A stretch of 24,000 nt of DNA from Geobacter sp. Lineage in GTDB: Bacteria; Desulfobacterota; Desulfuromonadia; Geobacterales; Geobacteraceae. The translations under genes were made by a program, and so were the position numbers. Positions 1 through 8,644 of this stretch are shown here, one piece after another. The DNA lies in the NCBI GenBank assembly GCA_027356255.1, contig DAIEGL010000177.1, forward strand, positions 17,405 to 41,404. Direction: 5' to 3'. Below the pieces are notes generated by a model. That model worked only from the letters and a program-made list of their open reading frames with translations, did not search any database and was not told where the DNA came from. Positions within the stretch are counted from its first letter, which is position 1; every line of letters begins with the position of its first letter.

Positions 1-863
1 GCCACGGTCGCCACCACCACCTGCAGTTCGTCCCGCTGGAAGGCCTCCTGTACCCGCGAGCGCTCCCCATCGGGGAGCCCGGCGTGGTAGGGTGCGGCCG
101 CGATCCCCGCCTCCTTCAGGCGTTCCGCGATACCCTCCACCCGCTTGCGGGAAAGGGCATACACAATCCCCGCTTCATCCCCACCGCGGCCGGCCAGAAA
201 CGTTGTCAACTGGGCGAAGGGCTTCTGCTTTGCCGTCACCGTATAGCGGATGTTGGGGCGGTCGAAGCCGGCCACATGGCAGGCGGCCCCCTGCAGGCCG
301 AGGCGATCGATGATGTCCCCCCGGGTCTGGGGGTCGGCGGTGGCGGTGAGGGCGATCATAGGCACCCCCGGGAAAAGCCGGCGCAGGCGCCCGAGCTGCA
401 CGTATTCCGGGCGGAAATCATGCCCCCATTGGGAGACGCAGTGGGCCTCATCGATGGCGAAAAGGGCGATCTCCAGCTCCTTGAGCCGCTCCAGGAACAG
501 CTCCGACATCAAACGCTCCGGCGCCACGTAGATGAGGTCCAGCTCCCGGTTGTGCAGCTCCGCCAGCACCCGCCGCGCCTCCGTCTCAGCCAGGGACGAA
601 TTGTAAAAGGCCGCTTTCACGCCGTTGGCGCGGAGGGCGTCCACCTGGTCCTTCATCAGGGAGATGAGCGGCGAGACCACGATCCCCACCCCCGGACGGT
701 GGAGCGCCGGGACCTGGAAACAAAGCGACTTTCCCCCGCCGGTGGGCATGATGACGAATGCGTCCTCCCCCCTGATCACCCCTTCGACGATCTCCTTTTG
801 GGGATGGCGGAACGATTTGAAGCCAAAGACCTTGAGCAGGGTCTCCTCGGGTTTTTCATGCAT
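1..863 (-). CDS. recQ: ATP-dependent DNA helicase RecQ, N-terminal part (3' end beyond window edge)
   Basis: Absent from the ORF track because it is open at the window edge. My minus-strand translation from ATG 863 reads MHEKPEETLLKVFGFKSFRHPQKEIVEGVIRGEDAFVIMPTGGGKSLCFQVPAL...FAIDEAHCVSQWGHDFRPEY...ALTATAD. It shows Walker A, a DEAH box and the RecQ-type SQWGHDFRP motif, and stays open to position 1. Confidence 0.85.
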   Translation of the reverse strand, partial: MHEKPEETLLKVFGFKSFRHPQKEIVEGVIRGEDAFVIMPTGGGKSLCFQVPALHRPGVGIVVSPLISLMKDQVDALRANGVKAAFYNSSLAETEARRVLAELHNRELDLIYVAPERLMSELFLERLKELEIALFAIDEAHCVSQWGHDFRPEYVQLGRLRRLFPGVPMIALTATADPQTRGDIIDRLGLQGAACHVAGFDRPNIRYTVTAKQKPFAQLTTFLAGRGGDEAGIVYALSRKRVEGIAERLKEAGIAAAPYHAGLPDGERSRVQEAFQRDELQVVVATV

Positions 864-877
864 GCCGCACACTCCGT

Positions 878-1207
878 TCATTCATTCTTGAGCTGGTTCT
901 TGATGGTCGAAATCAGGAGCGACACCACCACGAGAAAGATCATGTCCTCGACGCAGTTCCAGTACATGCGGGGGGTGCTGGTGAAGCTCGTGTAATCGGA
1001 AACGATCCGCGCCCCCCCTGATGCCACGGCCATTGAAACCCCCGCGAACCTCCCCGCGTACCAGGCCGCCAGGGAAATGGGAACCAGGTAAAAGATAAGC
1101 ATCGAATAATCGCCGGTCACGTAATCCACGTAGCCGACCAGGGCGACCAGCAGGAAGCCCGCCACTACCACCAGCCATTTGGGCATTTTGCCGATGAATT
1201 TCCGCAT
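878..1207 (-). CDS. small integral membrane protein (about 3 TM segments), function unknown
   Basis: 109-aa ORF with hydrophobic segments WLVVVAGFLLVALVGYV, LIFYLVPISLAAW and IFLVVVSLLI. Its stop lies 15 nt upstream of the recQ start on the same strand. It loosely resembles membrane sensor modules of kinases, but no family was assigned. Confidence 0.5.
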   Translation of the reverse strand: MRKFIGKMPKWLVVVAGFLLVALVGYVDYVTGDYSMLIFYLVPISLAAWYAGRFAGVSMAVASGGARIVSDYTSFTSTPRMYWNCVEDMIFLVVVSLLISTIKNQLKNE

Positions 1208-1237
1208 GCTCTTCCCCCCTTTACCGCCTGCGGCAGG

Positions 1238-1870
1238 CTATCGCCTCTCCCTTCTCTTCCGCGCATGGGCCGCGAGCCTCCTGGAGATCCGTCCCATGAC
1301 ATGATCGGTCACCCCGCGCAGGTACGCCTTGTCCTTCCGCCGCGCCCGGTCCGTTCCGACCGGGGGATGGACCTCCACCAGGATGGTCCCGGCGCCCGGC
1401 CTCTTCCTCCCCTTCGGATAGACCGCGAAAGCGCCCGATATGGTGACCGGGACCACGACCGCCCCGCCAGCCGCAGCCAGCAGGGCAGCACCCGGCTTAC
1501 CCTCGTTCGGCTGCCCGGTCCGGGTGAGCCTTCCTTCCGGGAAGATGCCGAGCACCCCACCCTCCTTGAGGATGGCGAGCGCCCTGCTCATGGCCTCCTT
1601 GTCGCTGCCGTGCTGGGTAACGGGAATTGCGCCGCATTTCCTGACGAACCACCCGAGCAGGGGGTGATGGTAGAAGCTTTGGTGGATGAGGAAATGGACC
1701 CGGCGCCTGGTGCAGAGCGCCAGCAGCATGGAGTCGAAATAGCTGGAATGGTTTGCGCAGAGAATCACCGGACCGGTGGCGGGAATGCGTTTCGTTCCCT
1801 TTATCCTGAGCAGATGAAACATCCGCAGATAAACTCCAAAGAAAAAGCGGAGGAGTCGATAAACCGGCAT
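1238..1870 (-). CDS. lysophospholipid (1-acyl-sn-glycerol-3-phosphate) acyltransferase family protein
   Basis: 210-aa ORF with the PlsC-family motifs NHSSYFD (HX4D block) and IFPEGRLTRTG (FPEGTR block). Its start codon directly abuts the stop of the upstream MFS gene. Confidence 0.8.
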   Translation of the reverse strand: MPVYRLLRFFFGVYLRMFHLLRIKGTKRIPATGPVILCANHSSYFDSMLLALCTRRRVHFLIHQSFYHHPLLGWFVRKCGAIPVTQHGSDKEAMSRALAILKEGGVLGIFPEGRLTRTGQPNEGKPGAALLAAAGGAVVVPVTISGAFAVYPKGRKRPGAGTILVEVHPPVGTDRARRKDKAYLRGVTDHVMGRISRRLAAHARKRRERR

Positions 1871-3112
1871 CTATTCCACCACCCTCCCCATGTCAGCCTC
1901 GATATACCTGGTACAGAGGAAGCAGAAGAACGCGGCCATTGCCACGGCAAGCGGTGCGATCAAAAGCGCCGTTCTTATCCCCCACAGATCGGAACAGAAA
2001 CCGAGGATGGTCGGGGAAACCGCGTCCCCCAAGGCATGAATGAAAAAGATGTTGACGGCAAAGGCGGTGGCCCGCAGGGAAGGGTTGGTGACGTTGACGA
2101 TCACCGTATTGAGCGGACCGGTGTTGAAAAAGAGGAAAAACTCCGCGAGGAAGATGGCCGCGAGCGAGGCGGCAAGGGAGGGGGCGATGATGGCGAGGGC
2201 GACAACGGGCGCACCGACGACAAATCCCCACCCGGACACCAGCAGGTGCCCCCTGGGGCTTTTCTGCTGCCACCTGTCTCCGAGCCAGCCGCCCGCCAGC
2301 GTACCGCCGATTCCCGCCACCACCGTGACGGCGCCGAACAGGGTATTGCCCCGCGCCACATCCAGACCATGCACCCGGTTCAGAAACGAGGGGACCCACT
2401 GGGCGAGCCCCCCCAGGGCAAAGGTCATGGCTGCCATGGCAAGCGTATTGACGACGAACGAGCGGTTGGCGAGGAGGAGGACGAAGGCGTTTTTCCCCGT
2501 TTCGCTGCCGTTTGCCGCCGGATTTCCCCCCCCGGGGCGGCGCGGCTCGCGGAGGCGGCGGACAGGCAAGGCCAGGAGGAGCCCCGGCGCACCGACGATG
2601 AGAAAGGCGGCATGCCAGCCAAGCCCCTGGCCGATTATCCCCCCCAGGAGATAGCCGAGGGCGCTTCCTACCGGTATCGCCAGGTAGAAGAAGGAGAGGA
2701 CCCGTCCGCGCCGTTCCTTGGAGAAATAGTCGGCAATGAGTCCCGGCGAGACCGTACCGAAGCTCGCCTCGCCGACCCCGATCACGGTGCGGGCCGCCAG
2801 AAGGGAACGGTAGCCGGGGGCGAAACCGGCGAGGGAGGTGGCCAGGCTCCAGGTAACCAGGCCGAAGGAGGCGAGGCCGGTCCTGCTGCCGCGGTCTCCC
2901 AGCCGGCCGAAAAACGGCGCGGATACCATATAGCAGAGCATGAAGGCGCTCCCCAGGAAACCGAGGGCCGTGTCGGAGAGGCGCAGGTCCGCCTTTATCA
3001 GAGGAAACACGGCGTAAAGCACCTGCCGGTCGATGTAGTTGAGGAGGTTGACCGCAAGGAGGAGGGCCAGGGCGTAACGGGAGTAGCGGCGGTTTTCGGA
3101 AACATCGTTCAT
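1871..3112 (-). CDS. MFS transporter (Spinster/LplT-like appearance)
   Basis: The track ORF is 1871..3310. I place the start at the internal Met (MNDVSENRRYSRYALALLLAVNLLNYIDRQVL...). About 12 hydrophobic segments are present, with the MFS loop motif GRLGDRGSR. The 66 codons upstream look non-coding. Confidence 0.8.
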   Translation of the reverse strand: MNDVSENRRYSRYALALLLAVNLLNYIDRQVLYAVFPLIKADLRLSDTALGFLGSAFMLCYMVSAPFFGRLGDRGSRTGLASFGLVTWSLATSLAGFAPGYRSLLAARTVIGVGEASFGTVSPGLIADYFSKERRGRVLSFFYLAIPVGSALGYLLGGIIGQGLGWHAAFLIVGAPGLLLALPVRRLREPRRPGGGNPAANGSETGKNAFVLLLANRSFVVNTLAMAAMTFALGGLAQWVPSFLNRVHGLDVARGNTLFGAVTVVAGIGGTLAGGWLGDRWQQKSPRGHLLVSGWGFVVGAPVVALAIIAPSLAASLAAIFLAEFFLFFNTGPLNTVIVNVTNPSLRATAFAVNIFFIHALGDAVSPTILGFCSDLWGIRTALLIAPLAVAMAAFFCFLCTRYIEADMGRVVE

Positions 3113-3313
3113 CTGCGCTTGGCCTCGGCATGGAATGGCTAAAGAATTTTCTACCAGAAAACCGGGATGTTTGCCATGAAAAACTCGGGAGCCATTCGCA
3201 GTCCGGTCTGCTGTACCCGGCTGAAGATCAGCATTAATCAGCCTGTTTTTAATGGGAAAGCATACGTGATCCTGATAAGTACATGGTAAGCCAAATCTGC
3301 TCCAATACATCAG

Positions 3314-3487
3314 CTATTGGTCGATCCCGGACTTTTTTTTAAGCCAGTCCGACTCCATCTTCAACCGCCCGATCTCAGAATAAAGCCGCTCCGGGCTGGC
3401 TGACGGATCTTCGGGTTTCGGACCGCGCTTAGTCTCGAAAATGCTGGGCGCTTGAGAGAGGAGTTCTCGCTTCCATTCGCCCAGTCC
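3314..3487 (-). pseudogene. relic of an IS3-family transposase OrfA (C-terminal about 57 codons only)
   Basis: Minus-strand translation gives GLGEWKRELLSQAPSIFETKRGPKPEDPSASPERLYSEIGRLKMESDWLKKKSGIDQ*. This is the typical OrfA leucine-zipper tail (..LY..IG.L..E.DWLKKK). An in-frame TAA lies immediately upstream. An A8G run at the usual -1 frameshift position is retained, but no OrfB follows. Confidence 0.6.
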
Positions 3488-3663
3488 TTAATATCAATCA
3501 GTAGCATCTCGTACGATCAAGCAATAATTCAGCAGGATCGATCTACCGATCATTGCCCATTCCGGAGTAAGGTAAGACCATAACAAGTCCCGCTGCAGGG
3601 CGCGCGCCTGCCTGACAGCTAACTGGCAATGACCGGGCTCTAAACGTTTAAAAGGAGAACATC

Positions 3664-4284
3664 ATGAAAGCGATAGCCATAAACGGAAGCCCCAGGCCGG
3701 GCGGCAATACGGAGATCATGCTCAAGAAGGTGCTCGAACCTCTGGCAGCCGCCGGCTGGAGCACGGAGTATCTGCGGATCGGCGGAAAACGTGTGTGGGG
3801 TTGCCATGCCTGTATGATGTGCGTTGAAAGGCGGAATGGACGGTGCGTCATCGAGGAGGATGTTGTTAATGACTACCTGGAACGGATGTATGCGGCAGAT
3901 GCAATCATTCTCGGCTCCCCAACCTATTTCGCCGATGTGACCTCCGAGCTGAAGGCTCTGATCGATCGAGCCGGCTTTGTTGCTCTGGCCAACGGCGGGG
4001 CATTCAGCGGCAAGATCGGCGCAGCCGTCGTGGCCGTCCGGCGCGGTGGTGCGACACATGTTTTCAACACCATAAACAACATGTTCCTCATATCCTCCAT
4101 GATCGTCCCCGGCTCCCTCTACTGGAACCTGGGCGTGGGGACCGATAAAGGGGATGTCATTGGCGACGATGAGGCCATGCGGAATATGAACCATCTCGGG
4201 CAAACAATTGCCTGGCTTGGAGCGGCCATGGCCGCTGTACCTGACACCTCCCCCTTCCCCAAGCTTGCCGTGGAGTTGCATTAA
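3664..4284 (+). CDS. flavodoxin-fold NAD(P)H-dependent FMN reductase / iron-sulfur flavoprotein-like protein
   Basis: 206-aa ORF. SD AAGGAG lies upstream of the ATG. The N-terminus MKAIAINGSPRPGGNTEIM is typical of this family, together with a CxxCxxC-like Cys cluster (WGCHACMMCVERRNGRC) and ILGSPTYF. Confidence 0.75.
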   Translation: MKAIAINGSPRPGGNTEIMLKKVLEPLAAAGWSTEYLRIGGKRVWGCHACMMCVERRNGRCVIEEDVVNDYLERMYAADAIILGSPTYFADVTSELKALIDRAGFVALANGGAFSGKIGAAVVAVRRGGATHVFNTINNMFLISSMIVPGSLYWNLGVGTDKGDVIGDDEAMRNMNHLGQTIAWLGAAMAAVPDTSPFPKLAVELH

Positions 4285-4525
4285 TTGGTGAGAGCCAGGG
4301 GGACGCTGCTTGTTATTTTTCTATTGCCATAGAAAACTGGAGACATCCCACAATTTCTGATTCCATGCCCCGTTCGCTACTCCTCCTCCCTCCGCGGCCC
4401 CAGCGGAATAACCTTCGCCGGCCTAGTCCGCACAGATATCGGCGAGCATGAGATCGGAGACCTCCCCTATCCAGGGCTGGTACACTACTTCCCCTTTTCG
4501 TCCCAGGGCGGAGAGGCTATCCCGG

Positions 4526-5320
4526 TCAAGAGCCCATCGCTCCGATAAAATCAGCTATGAGGCGGACCTGTTCATCAAGCATGTGGCGTCCGTAATGAAT
4601 GGTGCACCCCCTTGCCTTCGCTGCGGCCAGAAGGGGGGTGGTTTCTGGCTTCATAATGATTTCGGCAACGGTCATGGCGGGTGTCAACCTTGTGGTATCA
4701 AACGGCAGCGGATCATCTGCTTTCAGACCGAGCGAGGTGGCGTTTATCACCAGATCGTGACCGGTCGGATCAGCATTTCCCACCATGATCGGCCGATCTG
4801 GAAAGAATTTGGCTACCCGCACCGCAATCTCTTCAGCCTTCGAACGGGTGCGGTTGGCAACCGTCAGGGATGCTACGCCAGCCTCTGCCAGAGCAAAAGC
4901 GATGGCTGCGGCTGCACCGCCCGCACCTATCAGAAGTGCCCGGCGACCAGCCGGATCGTACCCCTGGGAGCGCAACCCGGCTACAAAACCGGCACCGTCA
5001 AACATGTTACCGATCAGCCTGCCGTCCGCTTCCCGCCGCACCGCATTAACCGCACCGATTGCACGCCCGGCATTGCCAAGTTCATCACAGAGGGCGGCGA
5101 CCGCAGTCTTGTGCGGGACCGTCGTGACAAAACCGCCTAGATTCTTCATGGTACGAAAAGCGGTCAGGACGGCCTCAAGCCCCTCTGGATCAACCTGTAT
5201 TGGGACAAGAACCGCATCACAGCAGTTCAGTGAGAAAAGCTCGTTGAACACCTCTGGGGTGCGGACGTGGGAAATGGGGTCGGCGACGATGGCATAAAGC
5301 CTGGTCTTTCCGGTAATCAT
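4526..5320 (-). CDS. shikimate dehydrogenase family protein (AroE paralogue-like)
   Basis: 264-aa ORF with SHVRTPEVFN, VTTVPHK, the Rossmann motif LLIGAGGAAAAIAFAL, and NRT/INATSLG blocks characteristic of the AroE/YdiB family. It is the last gene of the tetR-OYE operon. Confidence 0.75.
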   Translation of the reverse strand: MITGKTRLYAIVADPISHVRTPEVFNELFSLNCCDAVLVPIQVDPEGLEAVLTAFRTMKNLGGFVTTVPHKTAVAALCDELGNAGRAIGAVNAVRREADGRLIGNMFDGAGFVAGLRSQGYDPAGRRALLIGAGGAAAAIAFALAEAGVASLTVANRTRSKAEEIAVRVAKFFPDRPIMVGNADPTGHDLVINATSLGLKADDPLPFDTTRLTPAMTVAEIIMKPETTPLLAAAKARGCTIHYGRHMLDEQVRLIADFIGAMGS

Positions 5321-5359
5321 GTTTAGACGTCGTCCTTTCTGGCTACTGGATTGAGATCT

Positions 5360-6469
5360 TTATTTACTTTTCAAAGCCTCTTCGACAACGCATCTGATGC
5401 CCTTCCCCTCAAGCGCTGGTTTGTAGCATAGATTGCACGATATGCAGGTTGCTTTTCGTTTATCACCAGATCTCCAACGCTGGACAAGATCAGGTTCGCG
5501 GACGAGAGGGCGAGACAAGGATACGTAATCGGTCAGCCTCTCTGTCACCAACATTTCAGCAACCGAGTAGGAGCGAATCCCGCCAACCAGTATCAGTGGC
5601 ACATTGATTTTATCCTTATAGTGCCTTGCAGCTTCGCGATAATAGACTTCATCCGCTTCATTATCCAAACGGCCTGGTCGGAAGGGGACAAATCGGCCAG
5701 AGTCTCTGTTTCCTCCACTTAATTCTATGGCATCGACTCCTGCTTTTTCGAGTGAGATCGCCACCTGAATCATCTCTTCCTTCGTGAAACCACCTTCCTG
5801 AAAATCTTCCGAATTGATCTTGATTAAGATCGGATACTCAGGGCCAACAGCCTGTCGAACGCTCTTCACCACTTCAAGCAGGATACGCGCACGATTTTCG
5901 AGTTCACCTCCATAGTCATCTTTTCTCCTGTTATGCGTAGGTGAGAGAAATTGACTGAGTAGATACCCGTGAGCTGCGTGGATTTGTATTGCATCGAAGC
6001 CCGCCTTTTGGGCTCTTGCTGCGCTCTCGGAAAAATCGGCTACTACCTTACGTATCTGCTCATGTGTCATTTCTCTGATGATCTGACCGGTCTCATTCTC
6101 ACCTGATGATGGGGCATAAACATCAAGTCCGGTAATTTCGGAGGCCGCATAGCAACCTGCATGGGATAGCTGCAGGGCGATCTTGCCGCAGTTGTCATGA
6201 ACACTTTTGACCATTTTTTCTAGTCCCGGGAGCAGGCTGTCGTTATCAGCTCCCAATTGCCGAAGCCTTGCCTGTCCTGCCTTGTTTACATAGGCATGGC
6301 CAGTAATAATCAATCCGACTTCTCCTTGAGCAAGCTTGCAAAAAAAGTCTGCCAGTTCTGGAGTGCAGGCTCCGCAATCATCAGCCATGCCTTCCCAGGT
6401 TGCAGATCTGATAAAGCGGTTTCCGAGGTTCAGACTTTTTATGTTGGTAGATTCAAACAGCTTAGCCAT
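5360..6469 (-). CDS. NADH:flavin oxidoreductase, Old Yellow Enzyme family
   Basis: The track ORF is 5360..6535. I start at MAKLFESTNIKSLNLGNRFIRSATWEGM, which has SD CAGGAG upstream. OYE hallmarks are present: HGYLLSQFLSPTHNRRKDDYGG, and a C-terminal Cys cluster CISCNLC. Confidence 0.8.
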   Translation of the reverse strand: MAKLFESTNIKSLNLGNRFIRSATWEGMADDCGACTPELADFFCKLAQGEVGLIITGHAYVNKAGQARLRQLGADNDSLLPGLEKMVKSVHDNCGKIALQLSHAGCYAASEITGLDVYAPSSGENETGQIIREMTHEQIRKVVADFSESAARAQKAGFDAIQIHAAHGYLLSQFLSPTHNRRKDDYGGELENRARILLEVVKSVRQAVGPEYPILIKINSEDFQEGGFTKEEMIQVAISLEKAGVDAIELSGGNRDSGRFVPFRPGRLDNEADEVYYREAARHYKDKINVPLILVGGIRSYSVAEMLVTERLTDYVSLSRPLVREPDLVQRWRSGDKRKATCISCNLCYKPALEGKGIRCVVEEALKSK

Positions 6470-6503
6470 AAGTTTCTCCTGTACGCCATTGCCGACTAGT
6501 AAT

Positions 6504-7097
6504 TTATTTGCGTTGGTTTCGCAGCACTGTAGCAAAGAGGGTATCGATGAAGTCTCGCAGCGGTTGGGTTGACTTCATCACCTTGGCCCGGAGGATAGCC
6601 CCTTCCCAACCCGAGAGAATGAACCCTGCAATAACAGCGGAATCAACATCCGGAGCCAGTTCCCCTACCCGCTGCGCTTCCCGCAAGCAGGCGGCGAAGC
6701 GCTCCTTCCACACAAGGAAGATCTCGTCGAGTCGGGCGCGAAAGCGCTCGTTCTGGTCGGCCAACTCCTGGCCTAGGTTGCCGATGAGGCATCCTTTGGT
6801 GCACTGGTTCTGGGTGAGGCTCGCCAGTCCGTTCTCCAGGTAGTTGTGGATGCGATTCAAGGGGGACAGATCCGCGTCGTTAAGGAAGGAGTCGATCTTC
6901 TGGGCGTATTGGTCGACAAATTGGTCGATCACCGTCATACCGAAATCTTCCTTGCTGCCGAAGTAGTGATAGAACGATCCCTTCGGGACACCGGCCTGCT
7001 TCAGCACCGTATCGATGCCGGTGGCGTTGTAACCGTGAAGTGAGATCAATTCCGTGCCGATGGATACAATCTCAGCTTTTGAGTCTTTCTTTTCCAT
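6504..7097 (-). CDS. TetR/AcrR family transcriptional regulator
   Basis: 197-aa ORF with an N-terminal HTH (GYNATGIDTVLKQAGVPKGSFYHYFGSKEDF). It is the first gene of a co-directional tetR-OYE-SDH set. Confidence 0.85.
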   Translation of the reverse strand: MEKKDSKAEIVSIGTELISLHGYNATGIDTVLKQAGVPKGSFYHYFGSKEDFGMTVIDQFVDQYAQKIDSFLNDADLSPLNRIHNYLENGLASLTQNQCTKGCLIGNLGQELADQNERFRARLDEIFLVWKERFAACLREAQRVGELAPDVDSAVIAGFILSGWEGAILRAKVMKSTQPLRDFIDTLFATVLRNQRK

Positions 7098-7104
7098 GAT
7101 TGGA

Positions 7105-7134
7105 ATATTAGACCGGTCGTCTAGTTATTGTCAA
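7105..7134 (-). promoter_or_regulatory. putative sigma70 promoter of tetR with an embedded palindromic operator; possibly a leaderless mRNA
   Basis: Minus strand reads TTGACA-18 nt-TAATAT. The -10 ends 7 nt before the tetR ATG and there is no SD. The spacer contains the dyad TAGAC-n5-GTCTA (7109-7123), which includes the perfect palindrome GACCGGTC. Confidence 0.4.
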
Positions 7135-7547
7135 TCGTTTTTGTTATATATTCCCGTGAACTACAAGGGCAAAGAAGGCCATACAAATTCTCGGTTCATA
7201 CGTGGAGCTAATCGGCTCAGTCGGCTCGTCCCGCCGAAGAAGTAACAAATCCGGGGCTGCTGTTGTGTGCTGCTCGCTTTTTTTGTCCCATCGGGCAAAT
7301 ACTCTTTCCTAAAATTTAATGTGCAACTTCCATGCTGCTATTCCTGGATTTTCCTCATAACTGCCTCTTTCCCCGTTAATATATCTACTAATATCCTGCC
7401 CAATCCCACTGCGCGCTATAAATCTATTATCCAAAGCATCATACTATCAGGCAATAATCAAACAGGATTGGTCTATCTGCCTTTGCTCATTCTGGGGTAC
7501 GGTGTAATCATCAACAGGATAGTCCGTAACAGTTGAAAGGAGCTGAT

Positions 7548-7649
7548 GTGCAAGCTGTAGCTATAAACGGAAGCCCCAGGCCGGGCGGCAATACAATTGC
7601 GCTCAATCCCTCAGGAGGGGTGTTACATGGCAAACAACATTTCACGTAG
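7548..7649 (+). pseudogene. 5' fragment of a flavodoxin-like gene (paralogue of 3664..4284), now a 33-codon upstream ORF overlapping the DUF362 start
   Basis: SD AAAGGAG, then GTG. The product VQAVAINGSPRPGGNT matches MKAIAINGSPRPGGNT. Positions 7558-7594 equal 3674-3710 in 36 of 37 nt. Similarity ends abruptly after codon 16. Confidence 0.6.
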
Positions 7650-8616
7650 AAAATTCCTGCAGACAGGTGCTCTTGCTTTTGGAACCGTTACCGTAAGCAG
7701 ATTTAGCGGCTTAAGCAACGCTTTTGCTGCTCAGCAGGAAAAATCACAGGTCTTTTTCACTAATGACATCAGTGCCGCCGGACTAGTGAAAATCTATTCC
7801 AGAATCAATCAGGGTATAACCGGCAAGGTCGGGATAAAACTACACACCGGTGAGCCGCACGGCCCCAACATACTGCCGCATGACATGGTGAAGGCCCTGC
7901 AACAGCAGATTCCCAACAGCAACCTGGTGGAGACCAACACCCTGTACAAGGGCAAGAGATTTACTACGGCAGACCATCGCGAGACCATCAGGATCAATGG
8001 CTGGGATTTCTGCCCGGTGGACATCATGGACGAGGACGGGGCGGTGATGATCCCCGTTAAGGGGGGGAAGCGTTTCAAGGAAATGTCGGTAGGCAAACAC
8101 ATGCTTACGTACGACTCGATGGTAGTGCTGACCCATTTCAAAGGGCACGCCATGGGCGGCTTCGGCGGTTCAATGAAGAATATCGCCATAGGCTGCGCGG
8201 ACGGGCCCATTGGCAAGAAAATGGTCCACGCCGCCCCGGATAATGAGCATTACGAGAGCTGGCTTAAAGGCGAACCTTTCCAGGAAAACATGGTGGAGTC
8301 GGCAAAGGCCACGATAGATCACTTCGGCAAGCGGATCGTCTATATAAATGTGCTGCGCAATATGTCAGTAGACTGCGACTGCGCCGGTATCAGTGCAGCT
8401 CCGGTCAAGGCGCGCGATCTGGGCATCCTGGCTTCTACAGATATCCTGGCCGTAGACAAGGCCTCCATTGACATGGTGTATAAGCTGCCAGACGCGGAAC
8501 TTCACGACCTTAAAGAACGCATTGAATCCCGGAAGGGGCTGCGCCAGCTGTCGTACATGAAAGAGATGAAAATGGGCAATGACCGGTATGAGTTGATCAC
8601 GCTCGGGTCCGTATGA
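7627..8616 (+). CDS. DUF362 domain protein with a twin-arginine (Tat) signal peptide
   Basis: The track ORF begins at TTG 7597. ATG 7627 follows SD GGAGGGG. The N-terminus MANNISRRKFLQTGALAFG...AFAAQ is a Tat leader. The DUF362-like core includes VLTHFKGHAMGGFGGSMKNIAIGC. Confidence 0.7.
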   Translation: MANNISRRKFLQTGALAFGTVTVSRFSGLSNAFAAQQEKSQVFFTNDISAAGLVKIYSRINQGITGKVGIKLHTGEPHGPNILPHDMVKALQQQIPNSNLVETNTLYKGKRFTTADHRETIRINGWDFCPVDIMDEDGAVMIPVKGGKRFKEMSVGKHMLTYDSMVVLTHFKGHAMGGFGGSMKNIAIGCADGPIGKKMVHAAPDNEHYESWLKGEPFQENMVESAKATIDHFGKRIVYINVLRNMSVDCDCAGISAAPVKARDLGILASTDILAVDKASIDMVYKLPDAELHDLKERIESRKGLRQLSYMKEMKMGNDRYELITLGSV

Positions 8617-8644
8617 TGAATTGAGACTGCTTCGACGAGAAACC

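Noticed and set aside
84-995. 303-aa plus-strand ORF, with nested ORFs 92..313, 250..531 and 625..891
   Set aside because: It is an antisense shadow of the recQ coding region. The product is Arg/Gly/Pro/Leu-rich with no motifs, while the minus strand gives an unmistakable RecQ sequence.
1265-3142. 625-aa plus-strand ORF and a 412-aa alternative minus-frame ORF (1893..3131)
   Set aside because: These are low-complexity Arg/Gly/Pro/Glu-rich translations opposite to, or out of frame with, the well-supported acyltransferase and MFS genes. They are typical GC-rich shadow ORFs.
4285-4525. Possible gene remnant in the convergent gap between the flavodoxin-like and shikimate-DH-like genes
   Set aside because: Only about 20-codon open stretches without a start or SD are present, and nothing is recognisable.
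4448-5297. Plus-strand ORFs 4448..5140 and 4785..5297
   Set aside because: They are antisense to the shikimate-DH-like gene, with low-complexity products.
7054-7536. ORFs 7054..7245 and 7267..7536 in the AT-rich intergenic tract
   Set aside because: No SD, odd composition, and no similarity to anything I recognise. I treat the tract as non-coding with unknown function.
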